A stretch of DNA of 64,000 bases from a bacterium. Its GTDB lineage: Bacteria > UBA10199 > 2-02-FULL-44-16 > JAAZCA01. The notes beneath the pieces are model-generated. The model was given only the letters and a program-made list of their open reading frames with translations. It had not been told where the DNA came from and did not search any database. The first letter of the stretch is position 1, and each line of letters opens with the position of its first letter. The DNA is taken from the NCBI GenBank assembly GCA_963674695.2, contig CAXXGI010000002.1:1-64000 (forward strand), in the 5' to 3' direction. Below are positions 31,156-40,205 of the stretch, piece after piece. Both the position numbers and the translations under genes were made by a program.

Positions 31156-31348
31156 CGCGACGCAAAAGGTACCACAATCCTTGATGCGGGAAAAGCAATT
31201 CAACCCAACCAACATCACGGTGGCACTGTGCCATGTACTCAACATTCGGCAGGGTCATCTTTGGGGACCGCCGCATCATTCAACCAACGGACATGCCTCA
31301 TGTATGCGTTGATTGAACCATGCAAAAAACAAAAGATGATTTCTTGAA

Positions 31349-31494
31349 GCCATCGTTTGGGACGCTATTGCGAGGGGATCTCTTCATTCATCGCCATCAA
31401 AGCCTTTGATGCTGCGATGAATGAAGAAAAAGCCGTCGAGGCGGCGTATGAGCCGAGACGGCGGTCCCCTCGCAATAGCGTCTCAAACGATGGC
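31349..31494. mobile_element. 146-bp MITE-like element with about 30-bp terminal inverted repeats
   Basis: GCCATCGTTTGGGACGCTATTGCGAGGGGA...TCCCCTCGCAATAGCGTCTCAAACGATGGC, with an inner hairpin. Confidence 0.55.
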
Positions 31495-31569
31495 CCTCGA
31501 TTTCTCGCTCTATTTCTGGTCAGCGATTAGTCGTCGACAGGGTGGGGCGCTCTCATTATAATCGCCGCC

Positions 31570-33069
31570 ATGGATGCCTTCTTTCATGGCCTGCGCGAGC
31601 TCTTCGTTCACCCCTGGTCGATCGCGGCCACGATCGTCGTTCTCGTCGCCTATCGATATGCGGCATCGAAGGGGCGCATGCCCAAGATCCCCGTCGGGAT
31701 GCTCATCCTCTATCTCATCGTCGTCCTCATCCTGATGACCTTCCCGGATTCAATCGCGAGCCTTGAGCATCGCTGGGTGCGCGTGGGGCTGTCCATCACG
31801 CTCTATTGCGCCATCGCGCACCTCATCCTCGCCTTCATCTATGATGTCTATTACGGCTGGTGGAAAAAAACGAGGGTTCCCAAGATCACGCGCGACATCA
31901 CGCTCTTCGCCGTCTTCGCCGTCGTTGCGCTCTATGTCCTGCGCACGCGCGGCGGGGTGAACCCGCTCGGAATCGTCACGACCTCCGCGGTGCTGACCGC
32001 CATCGTGGGTCTGGCCGCACAGAACTCGCTGAGCAATCTCTTCGCGGGGCTCTCCATCCAGATGGAGCGACCCTATGCGATCGGCGAATGGATCCAATAT
32101 AATGATACGATCGGCCGCGTGATCGGCGTGGGATGGAAGTCGACGCGCGTGCGCACCTTCGACGATGAAATCGTCTACATCCCGAACCTCGACATCGTCA
32201 AGACGACGGTGACCAATTTTTCGAAGCCAACGCCCATGCACTACATGAACGTCTCCATCGGCGTCGAATATGGCGCGGCGCCCAATCATGTGCGCAAGGT
32301 GCTCCTGGAAGTCTGTCGACACGACCCGCGCGTGCTCGCGCACCCGGTGCCGGAAGTACGCCTCGTCGATTACGGTGATTTCGCCATCACCTATGATGTG
32401 CGTTTCGCCTACAACGGATACGGCCAATCGCCGCGCCTGCGCTCGGATATTCAGTACCGTTTTTGGTATGCCTTAAATCGCGTCGGAATCCGCATTCCCT
32501 TTCCGATTCGCGACGTGCATCATCGACATATCGAACGCCGCATCGAAGAGGAAAAGAGCAAACAGGTGCGCCTCGAAGCACGGGGGGAGATCGATCGCGT
32601 GCCCATCGTCGAACCGCTCTCGGTTGCCGAACGCGACCTGCTCGGCGCCCGCATGCAGATCCAGACCTTCGGCGATAATGAAACGATCGTCGCTCAAGGG
32701 GACGCCGGCGATTCGCTCCACATCCTCCATGACGGCGCCTGCGATATCTTCGTTCGCAATGAACGGGGGGGACAGGCCAAGGTCAGTCAACTCACGCCCC
32801 CCGCGTTTTTCGGCGAGATGAGCCTGCTCACCGGAGAGCCGCGCTCGGCCACCGTGCGCGCCGTGGGCGATACCACCGTCTTCACGATCGACAAGGAACT
32901 CTTCGGCGAGATCCTCACCGCAAACCCGACCGTCTCGGATGCACTCGCGCAGGCGCTGGCCAAACGCTCCGACGACACGCGCGAGAGCGTCGGGCGCTCC
33001 AACGAGGACGAACGCCGCCGCGCCTCACAGCTCAAGGCAAGGATTAAGAAGTTTTTTGGAATGGGGTAG
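31570..33069 (+). CDS. MscS mechanosensitive channel with a C-terminal cNMP-binding domain
   Basis: GLAAQNSLSNLFAG, IRIPFP and FFGEMSLLTGEPRSATVRA. Confidence 0.92.
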   Translation: MDAFFHGLRELFVHPWSIAATIVVLVAYRYAASKGRMPKIPVGMLILYLIVVLILMTFPDSIASLEHRWVRVGLSITLYCAIAHLILAFIYDVYYGWWKKTRVPKITRDITLFAVFAVVALYVLRTRGGVNPLGIVTTSAVLTAIVGLAAQNSLSNLFAGLSIQMERPYAIGEWIQYNDTIGRVIGVGWKSTRVRTFDDEIVYIPNLDIVKTTVTNFSKPTPMHYMNVSIGVEYGAAPNHVRKVLLEVCRHDPRVLAHPVPEVRLVDYGDFAITYDVRFAYNGYGQSPRLRSDIQYRFWYALNRVGIRIPFPIRDVHHRHIERRIEEEKSKQVRLEARGEIDRVPIVEPLSVAERDLLGARMQIQTFGDNETIVAQGDAGDSLHILHDGACDIFVRNERGGQAKVSQLTPPAFFGEMSLLTGEPRSATVRAVGDTTVFTIDKELFGEILTANPTVSDALAQALAKRSDDTRESVGRSNEDERRRASQLKARIKKFFGMG

Positions 33070-33100
33070 GGAAAGCAATGGTCGGTGAGGTCGTATCGAT

Positions 33101-33988
33101 TCACCACGAACGGGCGGCCGATAGGTCGATAAGCGGCCCGATCTGCTCCTCGAGTCGCCCGACCCCCTCGCGCTCCGGGCGGGGGACCTCCTCGGCGTTC
33201 CTATAATCCTTCACGGCACCCTTGATCGTCATCGCGGTAAACTGGCGCCCGCCCTTCTCGAACGTGAACGATCGCGCTGAGCGCAGCGCCTCATGCGCCG
33301 CCTCCCGATGGCGTCCCGTGGCACTCAGAACGGCCGACATCAGCATATGTCCACATGCGACTGAGACGCCATGCCCACCGAGATGTCCCACATAGATGAT
33401 GCGCGACAGGAGCGTCCGAAGAAACATCTGTTTCACCGGATTCAGGGAGTGCAACAGGTCACGCTGCTGGGAATCATTTATCTTGGATGAAAAACAGGGC
33501 ATCTCCAACACCGTTCGATGCCATGAGCGAGCGACCGCTGCGATCGCCGGTCGATATCCTTCGGTCGTTCGGCACCCTTCGGCGATCAGCTCCGAGACGA
33601 GCGCCGCCGACGTAAAACGCCCCTCCTCCTCCAACAACATCTTCACCCGTTCCAGCGCCGAACCCGATGGCGTCCCTTCATCGCTCCTGTCTCGGCCGGC
33701 ACTCTTCATGATGGTCCGATGCAGATCTTCCCTCGCCCGCTCGCCCGGGAAGGAAAAGGACCTCCCCCCGAAGGTCCCCCGCAGGGGAGACTGCATCAGC
33801 GGCTTGAGCGGCGTCATCGACGACGTCGCATCAGGTTCCGACGACGGCGGGGTATAAGCGATCTCACCGGTCACCTCATCGATCGCCTCGGGGGAAAAGC
33901 CGATCCCATTGTCATTGAAGAATTGATCGATGGCCGCGCGCGCACCGACCGAGCCAACAGTCATGTTCGATGAAGTGAGAAGAGACAT
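33101..33988 (-). CDS. Orphan helical protein, paralog 3 of the tandem family
   Basis: Shares IDQFFxDxxIG...PxxID...Y(T/A)PP and AALxxEL...AAHEALRSAR with its two neighbours. Confidence 0.75.
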   Translation of the reverse strand: MSLLTSSNMTVGSVGARAAIDQFFNDNGIGFSPEAIDEVTGEIAYTPPSSEPDATSSMTPLKPLMQSPLRGTFGGRSFSFPGERAREDLHRTIMKSAGRDRSDEGTPSGSALERVKMLLEEEGRFTSAALVSELIAEGCRTTEGYRPAIAAVARSWHRTVLEMPCFSSKINDSQQRDLLHSLNPVKQMFLRTLLSRIIYVGHLGGHGVSVACGHMLMSAVLSATGRHREAAHEALRSARSFTFEKGGRQFTAMTIKGAVKDYRNAEEVPRPEREGVGRLEEQIGPLIDLSAARSW

Positions 33989-33991
33989 CGA

Positions 33992-35244
33992 TCATCCTCC
34001 CTTTCCCGTCTGTGCGTCGCTCGACCCGTCGCCCCGCGAGGCGTCGAGAATGTGTTCGATCTCCTGCTGCAGCTCTTTGATCCCCTCCCGCTCCTGCGGG
34101 GAGGCTTCCTCCGCCTCTTCATAGTTCAGCACGGCGTTGTCGAGCATATCCGCAACCGCGTCCGCCGACTTCCCGGAACGGGCAAAGACCTGGGCGGCGC
34201 GCACCGCCTCGTGCGCCGATTCCCGATAGCGCGCATCGTTGTAGAGGGTTATCGCCAGGAGCGCCTGCGCATTTCCGATGAAGGCCAGCATCTCCGGATC
34301 CTCCGAAACGCCCGAATACCCTTCATAGATCGCCCGGGAGAGAAGGATCTTCATGAGGACGATCTCCGGCGTGCTCATGCGGTCCCATGCCGCATCGTCT
34401 TCTCTCTCTCCGGAGAAATAGGGCATCGCCTCGACCAGCCGATACCAGGATAAGGCAGCTTCCACCAGGTACCACGACGTGTACTTCCGATTGCCGATCG
34501 ACTGAAATCCGGCAGCGGTCAGCTCCGAGATGAGCGCCGCCTCCGCATGCCAGCGCACCGACTTGGCCCTCTTCACCGCGCTGTCCAAACAGCGCAAACT
34601 CGAATGCGTCTCGAATCGACCGCTGTCGCCCACGGCGCGGATCGCGCTGTCCAGGAGGGCCTCGATCGTCCCCGTCACCAAGACGGGGTCGTCGCCGCGC
34701 ATCTGCTGTTCGAACTCCTCCAGCGGGATCCGCATCTGAATGCGCGACGGAAGCTTCGTCGCCCTGGTGATCGCCATGACATCGCCAATCTTGGTGAACC
34801 CCAGGGCCATCTCGACGTCCACGTCCTCGGAGGGGTGTTCGGCATCGAAGAGCCGCTGCGAGTGCTGTGCCGCCATCTCATAGAGCATCCCTTGCAACTG
34901 AAACCACGTCCGGGGATAGGCCCCGACGACGGAACGCGATGCGAGTTCCTGCGCCGCAGGCCGCATGATATGGGCATGGATAAGATCGGCACCGCTTTGA
35001 TACGCCCCGGCGAGCCTCGCATCCGCCGCGGGGACGGGCAGCGCCAGGAGAGGTTCGGGCGGCGCCAACTCCGGCATCGCCTCGAACGCCGCGGGGTCCG
35101 GCGGCGGCGCATAGTCGACCTCGCCCGTCGTCCCGTCGTCCCGTCGAGTTCCTGCGGGATGAGGCCGATGTTGTTGTCGACGCAGAACGTGTCGATGGCC
35201 GAAACCAGGCCCGTAGCTGCCGGTGGCGGTGTGATGAGCGTCAT
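33992..35244 (-). pseudogene. Orphan paralog 2, frameshifted by an 8-bp tandem duplication at about 35124-35146
   Basis: ATG 35244 follows GAGGAGG. Removing one GACGGGAC unit joins ...PQELDGTTG to EVDYAPPP...MPELAPPEPLL, matching the paralogs. Confidence 0.8.
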
Positions 35245-35274
35245 AATGGTGGTCTCCTCCTCAGATCATCCTCT

Positions 35275-35301
35275 TCATCGCGGCGGGCGCAAAAAAGTTG
35301 C
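35275..35301 (-). promoter_or_regulatory. Sigma28-like promoter 6
   Basis: GCAACTTT-tttgcgcccgc-CGCGATGA. Confidence 0.6.
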
Positions 35302-35338
35302 CCATTTTTATCCCAACCGTCGGTTCCTCTCCGGTGTG

Positions 35339-36505
35339 CTATTTCTTTTTGGGAAAGAGCTGCCGGGCCTGTGCGATGAGCGCGGTCATCGCCCGGCACT
35401 CAGTCGGTGAGACGCTCGGCACACACTCCAGCTCCCCCGCTGCATCGACGATGAGTTTCAGAACGACATCGCCAATGGACTCGACGTCCAAGGGCCAATC
35501 GGAGGACGCATCCCTCCTCGTCGCCAGCATGTTCCGCGCCGACCGGAGGGTTTCATACGCCGCGTCCCGATGCCGCCCCTCAGCGCTCATCATCATGGCC
35601 GACGCCTGCTGGGCCCTGGCAAGATAATACCGGGTGACGCCGTGCGACCCTCCGAGATGTCCGTTTAAAATAGCGTGTGAGATGATCATGCGCTGGAGTG
35701 CCGGTCCGATCCGGCCCATTTCGGAAGGGGGCAGCAGTTGTGAGAGAAAAAACCACGCTCCGGCAGCCTGGGCGGAGGCCTCCGCGAATCGATCCGCATG
35801 CCCCAACGCCCGCCATCCCGACGCCGCCAGTTCCGTCAGAAGCGCCGCGTCCGAAAATCGCTCCGAGATGGTCGCAAACGACGACGCCCCCATCAGCAAT
35901 TCGAGGACGCTTTCCTGTTCAAATCGTCCATGGTGTCCGGCCATATCGATCGCCGCCAGAAGGCGTGCATTCATCGCCAAATTCGTGGCGAACGCATTCC
36001 CCTCCATGGCCTGGCGATGGAGTTCGTCGACATCCCCCTTCGGATCCACCTCCCTCGGCGTGTGAGTGAAAACCCTCATCGCGAGAAATTCGTGACTCAC
36101 GGTCTGTCCCGTGAGGATCACGACCGAAGGAGTCTCCGGCGCAGTCGTCGGGGAAAACATGCCACCCGCGCTCGAGGCGTCCGCCGCCATGGAAAAAAGA
36201 TTCCCCTGGAGTTCCAGCCATCGGTGCGGATAGTCGGCGTCGTCGGTGAAACGCGGGTTAAAATCCTTCATGTACGCGCTGGTCTCCCGATAGACCCGTT
36301 TCACCTCCGCGTCCGCCGCGGGGACCGGAAAGATGAGGAGCGGTTCGATCCAAGCGTCGACCTCCTCGGCCTCCGCTGGCGGCGCATAGACGACCCCGGC
36401 GTTATCGTCGATCGCCTGGGGATGGATGCCGATATCGCTGTCGCCGAAGAACTGATCGATGGACAGAATCAAGGCGCCAAAATTCGGCATGATCGTGTTC
36501 GGCAT
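35339..36505 (-). CDS. Orphan helical protein, paralog 1 of the tandem family
   Basis: AAGGAG RBS; shares EPLLxxPVPAADA and WxxLQGxL motifs with paralog 2. Confidence 0.78.
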   Translation of the reverse strand: MPNTIMPNFGALILSIDQFFGDSDIGIHPQAIDDNAGVVYAPPAEAEEVDAWIEPLLIFPVPAADAEVKRVYRETSAYMKDFNPRFTDDADYPHRWLELQGNLFSMAADASSAGGMFSPTTAPETPSVVILTGQTVSHEFLAMRVFTHTPREVDPKGDVDELHRQAMEGNAFATNLAMNARLLAAIDMAGHHGRFEQESVLELLMGASSFATISERFSDAALLTELAASGWRALGHADRFAEASAQAAGAWFFLSQLLPPSEMGRIGPALQRMIISHAILNGHLGGSHGVTRYYLARAQQASAMMMSAEGRHRDAAYETLRSARNMLATRRDASSDWPLDVESIGDVVLKLIVDAAGELECVPSVSPTECRAMTALIAQARQLFPKKK

Positions 36506-36629
36506 ATACGGTGCTCCTTTTCATCGTGAAATCCCGCCCTTCTCTTATGATCCGAGGGCCGAAGAATCAAATCCCGTTTAAAAATGGCATGCGATGACAA
36601 GACGCGGTGGAATCGAAAAGGAGGGGCGA

Positions 36630-38012
36630 TCACTTCTTGTACGTCGACAGAAACCGTTCCACCTCGGGGATGCCACCTTGGTAGACGAGGTAGCCGTTGT
36701 GCGGTTCGCGCTCGGTGGTCTCGCCGGCGATGGGCATGAGCATCAGTTCGCGAATTTTTTCGGGATCTTCGGTCTGCCCCAGCGTCCAACAGAGCTTCAT
36801 GTAGGCCGCTTCCGGCAACATATTTTCGCAGGGGATGACGCCGAGTTCGAGGAGATAGCGACCGGTGTCGTAGACGTTCATGTGCACGTAGCCCCAGAGC
36901 GTCTGGACCGTCATGACGACGGTCACGCCCGCATCGACCGCGCGTTTGAGCGACGGATTGAGCGCGGCGTTGACGTGCCCAAGCCCCGTTCCCGCGATCA
37001 CGATTCCGCGATAGCCGTTTGCAACGAGACTGTCGACCATGTCGGGGCGCATGCCGGGGTAGTAATAGAGGATGGAGACGCGATCGTCATAGGCGGGGAC
37101 GATCTTCACCTCGCGATCGTCGCGGCGCTTGCGATACGGGCGTAGCGCCGCGACGCGATCGCTCCAGCACATGGCGATCGGAATCTCGCCGATCGTCCGA
37201 AACGTCGAGCGATAGCTCGAGTGCATCTTGCGCACGCGCGTGCCCATGTGCAGCAGGCCGTAGTCGTCGGAGGTCGGCCCGAACATGCAGACCATGACCT
37301 CGGCGATGTCGGAGTGCCCCGCGGTGAAGGCGGCGTTCAGGAGATTGCGCGCGGCATCGGAAGAAGGGCGATCGGAGGAGCGCTGACTGCCCACCAGGAC
37401 GATCGGAACCGGCGTATTTTGCACCATGTAGGAGAGGATCGATGCGGTGTGGTGCATCGTGTCGGTCCCGTGTCCGATCACGATCCCGCGCACACCCTCG
37501 CCGATGAGTCGCCCGATCTCCTCGGCCAGGACCTTGTACTGCTCGGGCCCCATGTTCTCGGAGAAGACGCCGAAGAGTTTTTTCGTCGTCAGGTTGCACG
37601 CATCGGCCAGTTCCGGAACCGCGCCGTAGAGTTCGCCGGGTGAGAAGGCCGGCACCACAGCACCCGTCGTATAGTCGAGCCGCGAGGCGATCGTGCCGCC
37701 CGTGCCCAGGAGCGTGACATTCGGTTTGCGTTTGTCGAACGGAAACTCCTGCTCCGGGATGGAATAGTGCCCCTCGCGACGCCCGACCTTTCGAATCGCC
37801 TGAATCGAATCGACATGCACGCCGGTGTTGTATCCGCTGTCCATCTTGATGACGATGTGGAGGGGATCCTCGGTCTTCGAGCGGGGGAGAATGAGGCCGG
37901 CAAACGGCCCCTTCGGCGTGTCGATCTCGACGCGATCCCAGACCTCGACGCCAAACTTCTTCAGGACATCGAGCCCCGGAGAGCGGTACCCCTTGTGCAC
38001 ATCATCGGACAT
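36630..38012 (-). CDS. gatD: Glu-tRNA(Gln) amidotransferase subunit D (archaeal type)
   Basis: N-terminal barrel (IKMDSGYNTGV), GTGGTIASRLDYTTGAV, HGTDTM, GSQRSSDRPSSDA and VRKMHSS. Confidence 0.92.
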   Translation of the reverse strand: MSDDVHKGYRSPGLDVLKKFGVEVWDRVEIDTPKGPFAGLILPRSKTEDPLHIVIKMDSGYNTGVHVDSIQAIRKVGRREGHYSIPEQEFPFDKRKPNVTLLGTGGTIASRLDYTTGAVVPAFSPGELYGAVPELADACNLTTKKLFGVFSENMGPEQYKVLAEEIGRLIGEGVRGIVIGHGTDTMHHTASILSYMVQNTPVPIVLVGSQRSSDRPSSDAARNLLNAAFTAGHSDIAEVMVCMFGPTSDDYGLLHMGTRVRKMHSSYRSTFRTIGEIPIAMCWSDRVAALRPYRKRRDDREVKIVPAYDDRVSILYYYPGMRPDMVDSLVANGYRGIVIAGTGLGHVNAALNPSLKRAVDAGVTVVMTVQTLWGYVHMNVYDTGRYLLELGVIPCENMLPEAAYMKLCWTLGQTEDPEKIRELMLMPIAGETTEREPHNGYLVYQGGIPEVERFLSTYKK

Positions 38013-38107
38013 ATCGGCAACCTCCCGGGAAACGTCATCCCAGGGGGGTTCTCGCCGGATCGGAGCGGGTTGTCAAGACACCCTCGATCCCGTACAATTC
38101 GGATCCC

Positions 38108-39313
38108 ATGCGCAAAAACCTCCTCGTCATCCTGCTCCTCATCGGCGCCACCGCCGGCGCCCTCTGCGGCTGGTGGTTCGGCCCACGCATGGAGGCCGTC
38201 GCCTTCATCGGCGACTTCTTCCTCACCCTCCTCTGGATGCTGGTGGTCCCGCTCATCCTCTTCTCGATGATCGCGGGGGTCGCCAGCCTCGGCGACATTC
38301 GGCGCGTCGGCGGCATCGGCCTCAAGACCCTCTTCTATTATTTTTCCACGACCGCAGCAGCGGTCTTCGTGGGTCTCGTCCTCGTCAGCATCATCCAGCC
38401 GGGTCGGGGGATCGCCATCGTCGGAAGTGTGGTGGAATCGAGTGCCGTGCAGGCCGGCTTTGTCCAGATCCTCAACTCCTTCATCCATCCCAACATCGTT
38501 CAGGCGATGGCGGAGACGAAGATCCTTCCGATCATCGTCATCTCCATCGCCTTCGGCGCGGCGCTCACGACCCTGGGCGAACGGGGCCGGGCGGTCATTC
38601 GCATCTGTGAGACGATCAATCAGGCCATCCTCGTCATCGTGCGACTCGTCATGTGGCTCGCGCCCGTCGGCGTCTTCGCCCTCGTCGCGGCAAAGCTCGG
38701 GGCGAGCGGGGGAGGGGATGCCTTTCTCGCAGAGCTGGCAAAGGTCGGAAAATATACCGCCACGGTGATCATCGGTCTCGGCATCCATGCCGTCGTCGTC
38801 CTACCCCTCATCCTCTGGATATTCGGGCGCCGCAATCCGCTGACCTATGCCTGGGGGATGATCGAAGCGCTCGTGACGGCTTTTTCCACCTCGTCGAGTT
38901 CGGCCACGCTTCCGGTCACCCTCGAAGCGCTCAAGGATCGCAACCACGTGAAGGAAGCGGCCGCCGATTTTGTCGCGCCGATCGGCGCCACGATCAACAT
39001 GGATGGCACCGCGCTCTACGAAGCGGTCGCGGCGATGTTCATCGCCCAGCGCTACGGCATCGAGCTGAGCTTCTTTCAGCAGTTCCTCATCTTCATCACG
39101 GCCACGCTCGCCTCCATCGGCGCGGCCGGCATCCCGCAGGCCGGTCTGATCACGATGGTGATCGTCCTCGAGGCCGTGGGACTTCCGCGCGAAGGGATCG
39201 GCATCATCCTCGCCGTCGACTGGTTCCTCGACCGCTGCCGCACGACCGTCAATGTCTGGGGAGATTCCGTCGGCGCCGCCGTCATCGAACGCGTCAAAGA
39301 GATGCGCGGGTGA
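38108..39313 (+). CDS. Dicarboxylate/amino acid:cation symporter (GltP/GltT family)
   Basis: STSSSSATLP, GATINMDGTALY, ASIGAAGIP and DRCRTTVNVWGD. Confidence 0.93.
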   Translation: MRKNLLVILLLIGATAGALCGWWFGPRMEAVAFIGDFFLTLLWMLVVPLILFSMIAGVASLGDIRRVGGIGLKTLFYYFSTTAAAVFVGLVLVSIIQPGRGIAIVGSVVESSAVQAGFVQILNSFIHPNIVQAMAETKILPIIVISIAFGAALTTLGERGRAVIRICETINQAILVIVRLVMWLAPVGVFALVAAKLGASGGGDAFLAELAKVGKYTATVIIGLGIHAVVVLPLILWIFGRRNPLTYAWGMIEALVTAFSTSSSSATLPVTLEALKDRNHVKEAAADFVAPIGATINMDGTALYEAVAAMFIAQRYGIELSFFQQFLIFITATLASIGAAGIPQAGLITMVIVLEAVGLPREGIGIILAVDWFLDRCRTTVNVWGDSVGAAVIERVKEMRG

Positions 39314-39446
39314 TTCCCCTTGTCGCCTTCCCTCTCACCACGCGATTGTAAATCCAGGCGTGTGACCTGCCCGCCGGTTTGTTAGGCGGGGCCGAGACGG
39401 CGGTTCCGAAAAATGCCTTTCTCCAGGGGATTTCTGTCGCGCCGAT

Positions 39447-40058
39447 TTACGTCTCGCCATCTCCGCTTGCCAACATCCGCATGATCTCGGCGTCCTCGTC
39501 GGCGTTTTGTTCGGCCGCCTCATCGCGCAGGAGGAGCAGGCCGTCGAGGAGCGTGCGCTCGAAGCGATCGAGGCGCTCGGGGGCGGCCACCTGAAAGAGG
39601 ACGCGCGCGCCCGCCTCGGTCACGCGCACGGCACGCGCATGCATCGTCCCATCGACGCGATAGCACAGCTCCCTCGAACGGAGGCGATAGGCATCCCCCT
39701 GGATGGGGGCATCGACGAAATGGGTGTGATGATCGACGCCGTGTTGGTCGGGCAGTTCGCGCGCGAAGAATTCGATCACCTGCGCACGCCGAATGCGAAA
39801 GAGCTCGCCCTTTTCGCGTTCGGCCTCGCGCCAGAGCAGGATCATCGTCCCGTGCGAGGAACCGCCGCCGTCCGGGGCGTGCTGGGTATGGATGTATTCA
39901 TCGATCGCGCCGTCGCCATCGGCGTCGGCGAAGCGCTCTTCGTGAATGATGCCGTGTTCGTCCTGAAAGGAGAGTTCCAGGTATTCGTGATCTCTGGTCT
40001 GCTTGTAGACCGCATCGAGAATGCGAACCATGGGCCACCCGCTAACGCCCCCGGGCAC
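39447..40058 (-). CDS. Orphan protein with an EF-hand-like DADGDGAIDE motif
   Basis: GAGGGG RBS before GTG; preceded by the sigma28-like motif. Confidence 0.65.
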   Translation of the reverse strand: MPGGVSGWPMVRILDAVYKQTRDHEYLELSFQDEHGIIHEERFADADGDGAIDEYIHTQHAPDGGGSSHGTMILLWREAEREKGELFRIRRAQVIEFFARELPDQHGVDHHTHFVDAPIQGDAYRLRSRELCYRVDGTMHARAVRVTEAGARVLFQVAAPERLDRFERTLLDGLLLLRDEAAEQNADEDAEIMRMLASGDGET

Positions 40059-40076
40059 ACGCGCCCCTCACACCTA

Positions 40077-40105
40077 TTATCGGTTGCCGGACAGGTGAAA
40101 GTTGC
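40077..40105 (-). promoter_or_regulatory. Sigma28-like promoter 7 (spacer 2 nt longer)
   Basis: GCAACTTT-cacctgtccggca-ACCGATAA. Confidence 0.55.
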
Positions 40106-40205
40106 GTGAAATTCCAGAATTGCAGACAATTTTTCACTGCAGGGCGAACGCCGCCTCGTCATACCCCTTGCCTTGGAGCCTCCTTCATTCTATGCAGACA
40201 GCCAC

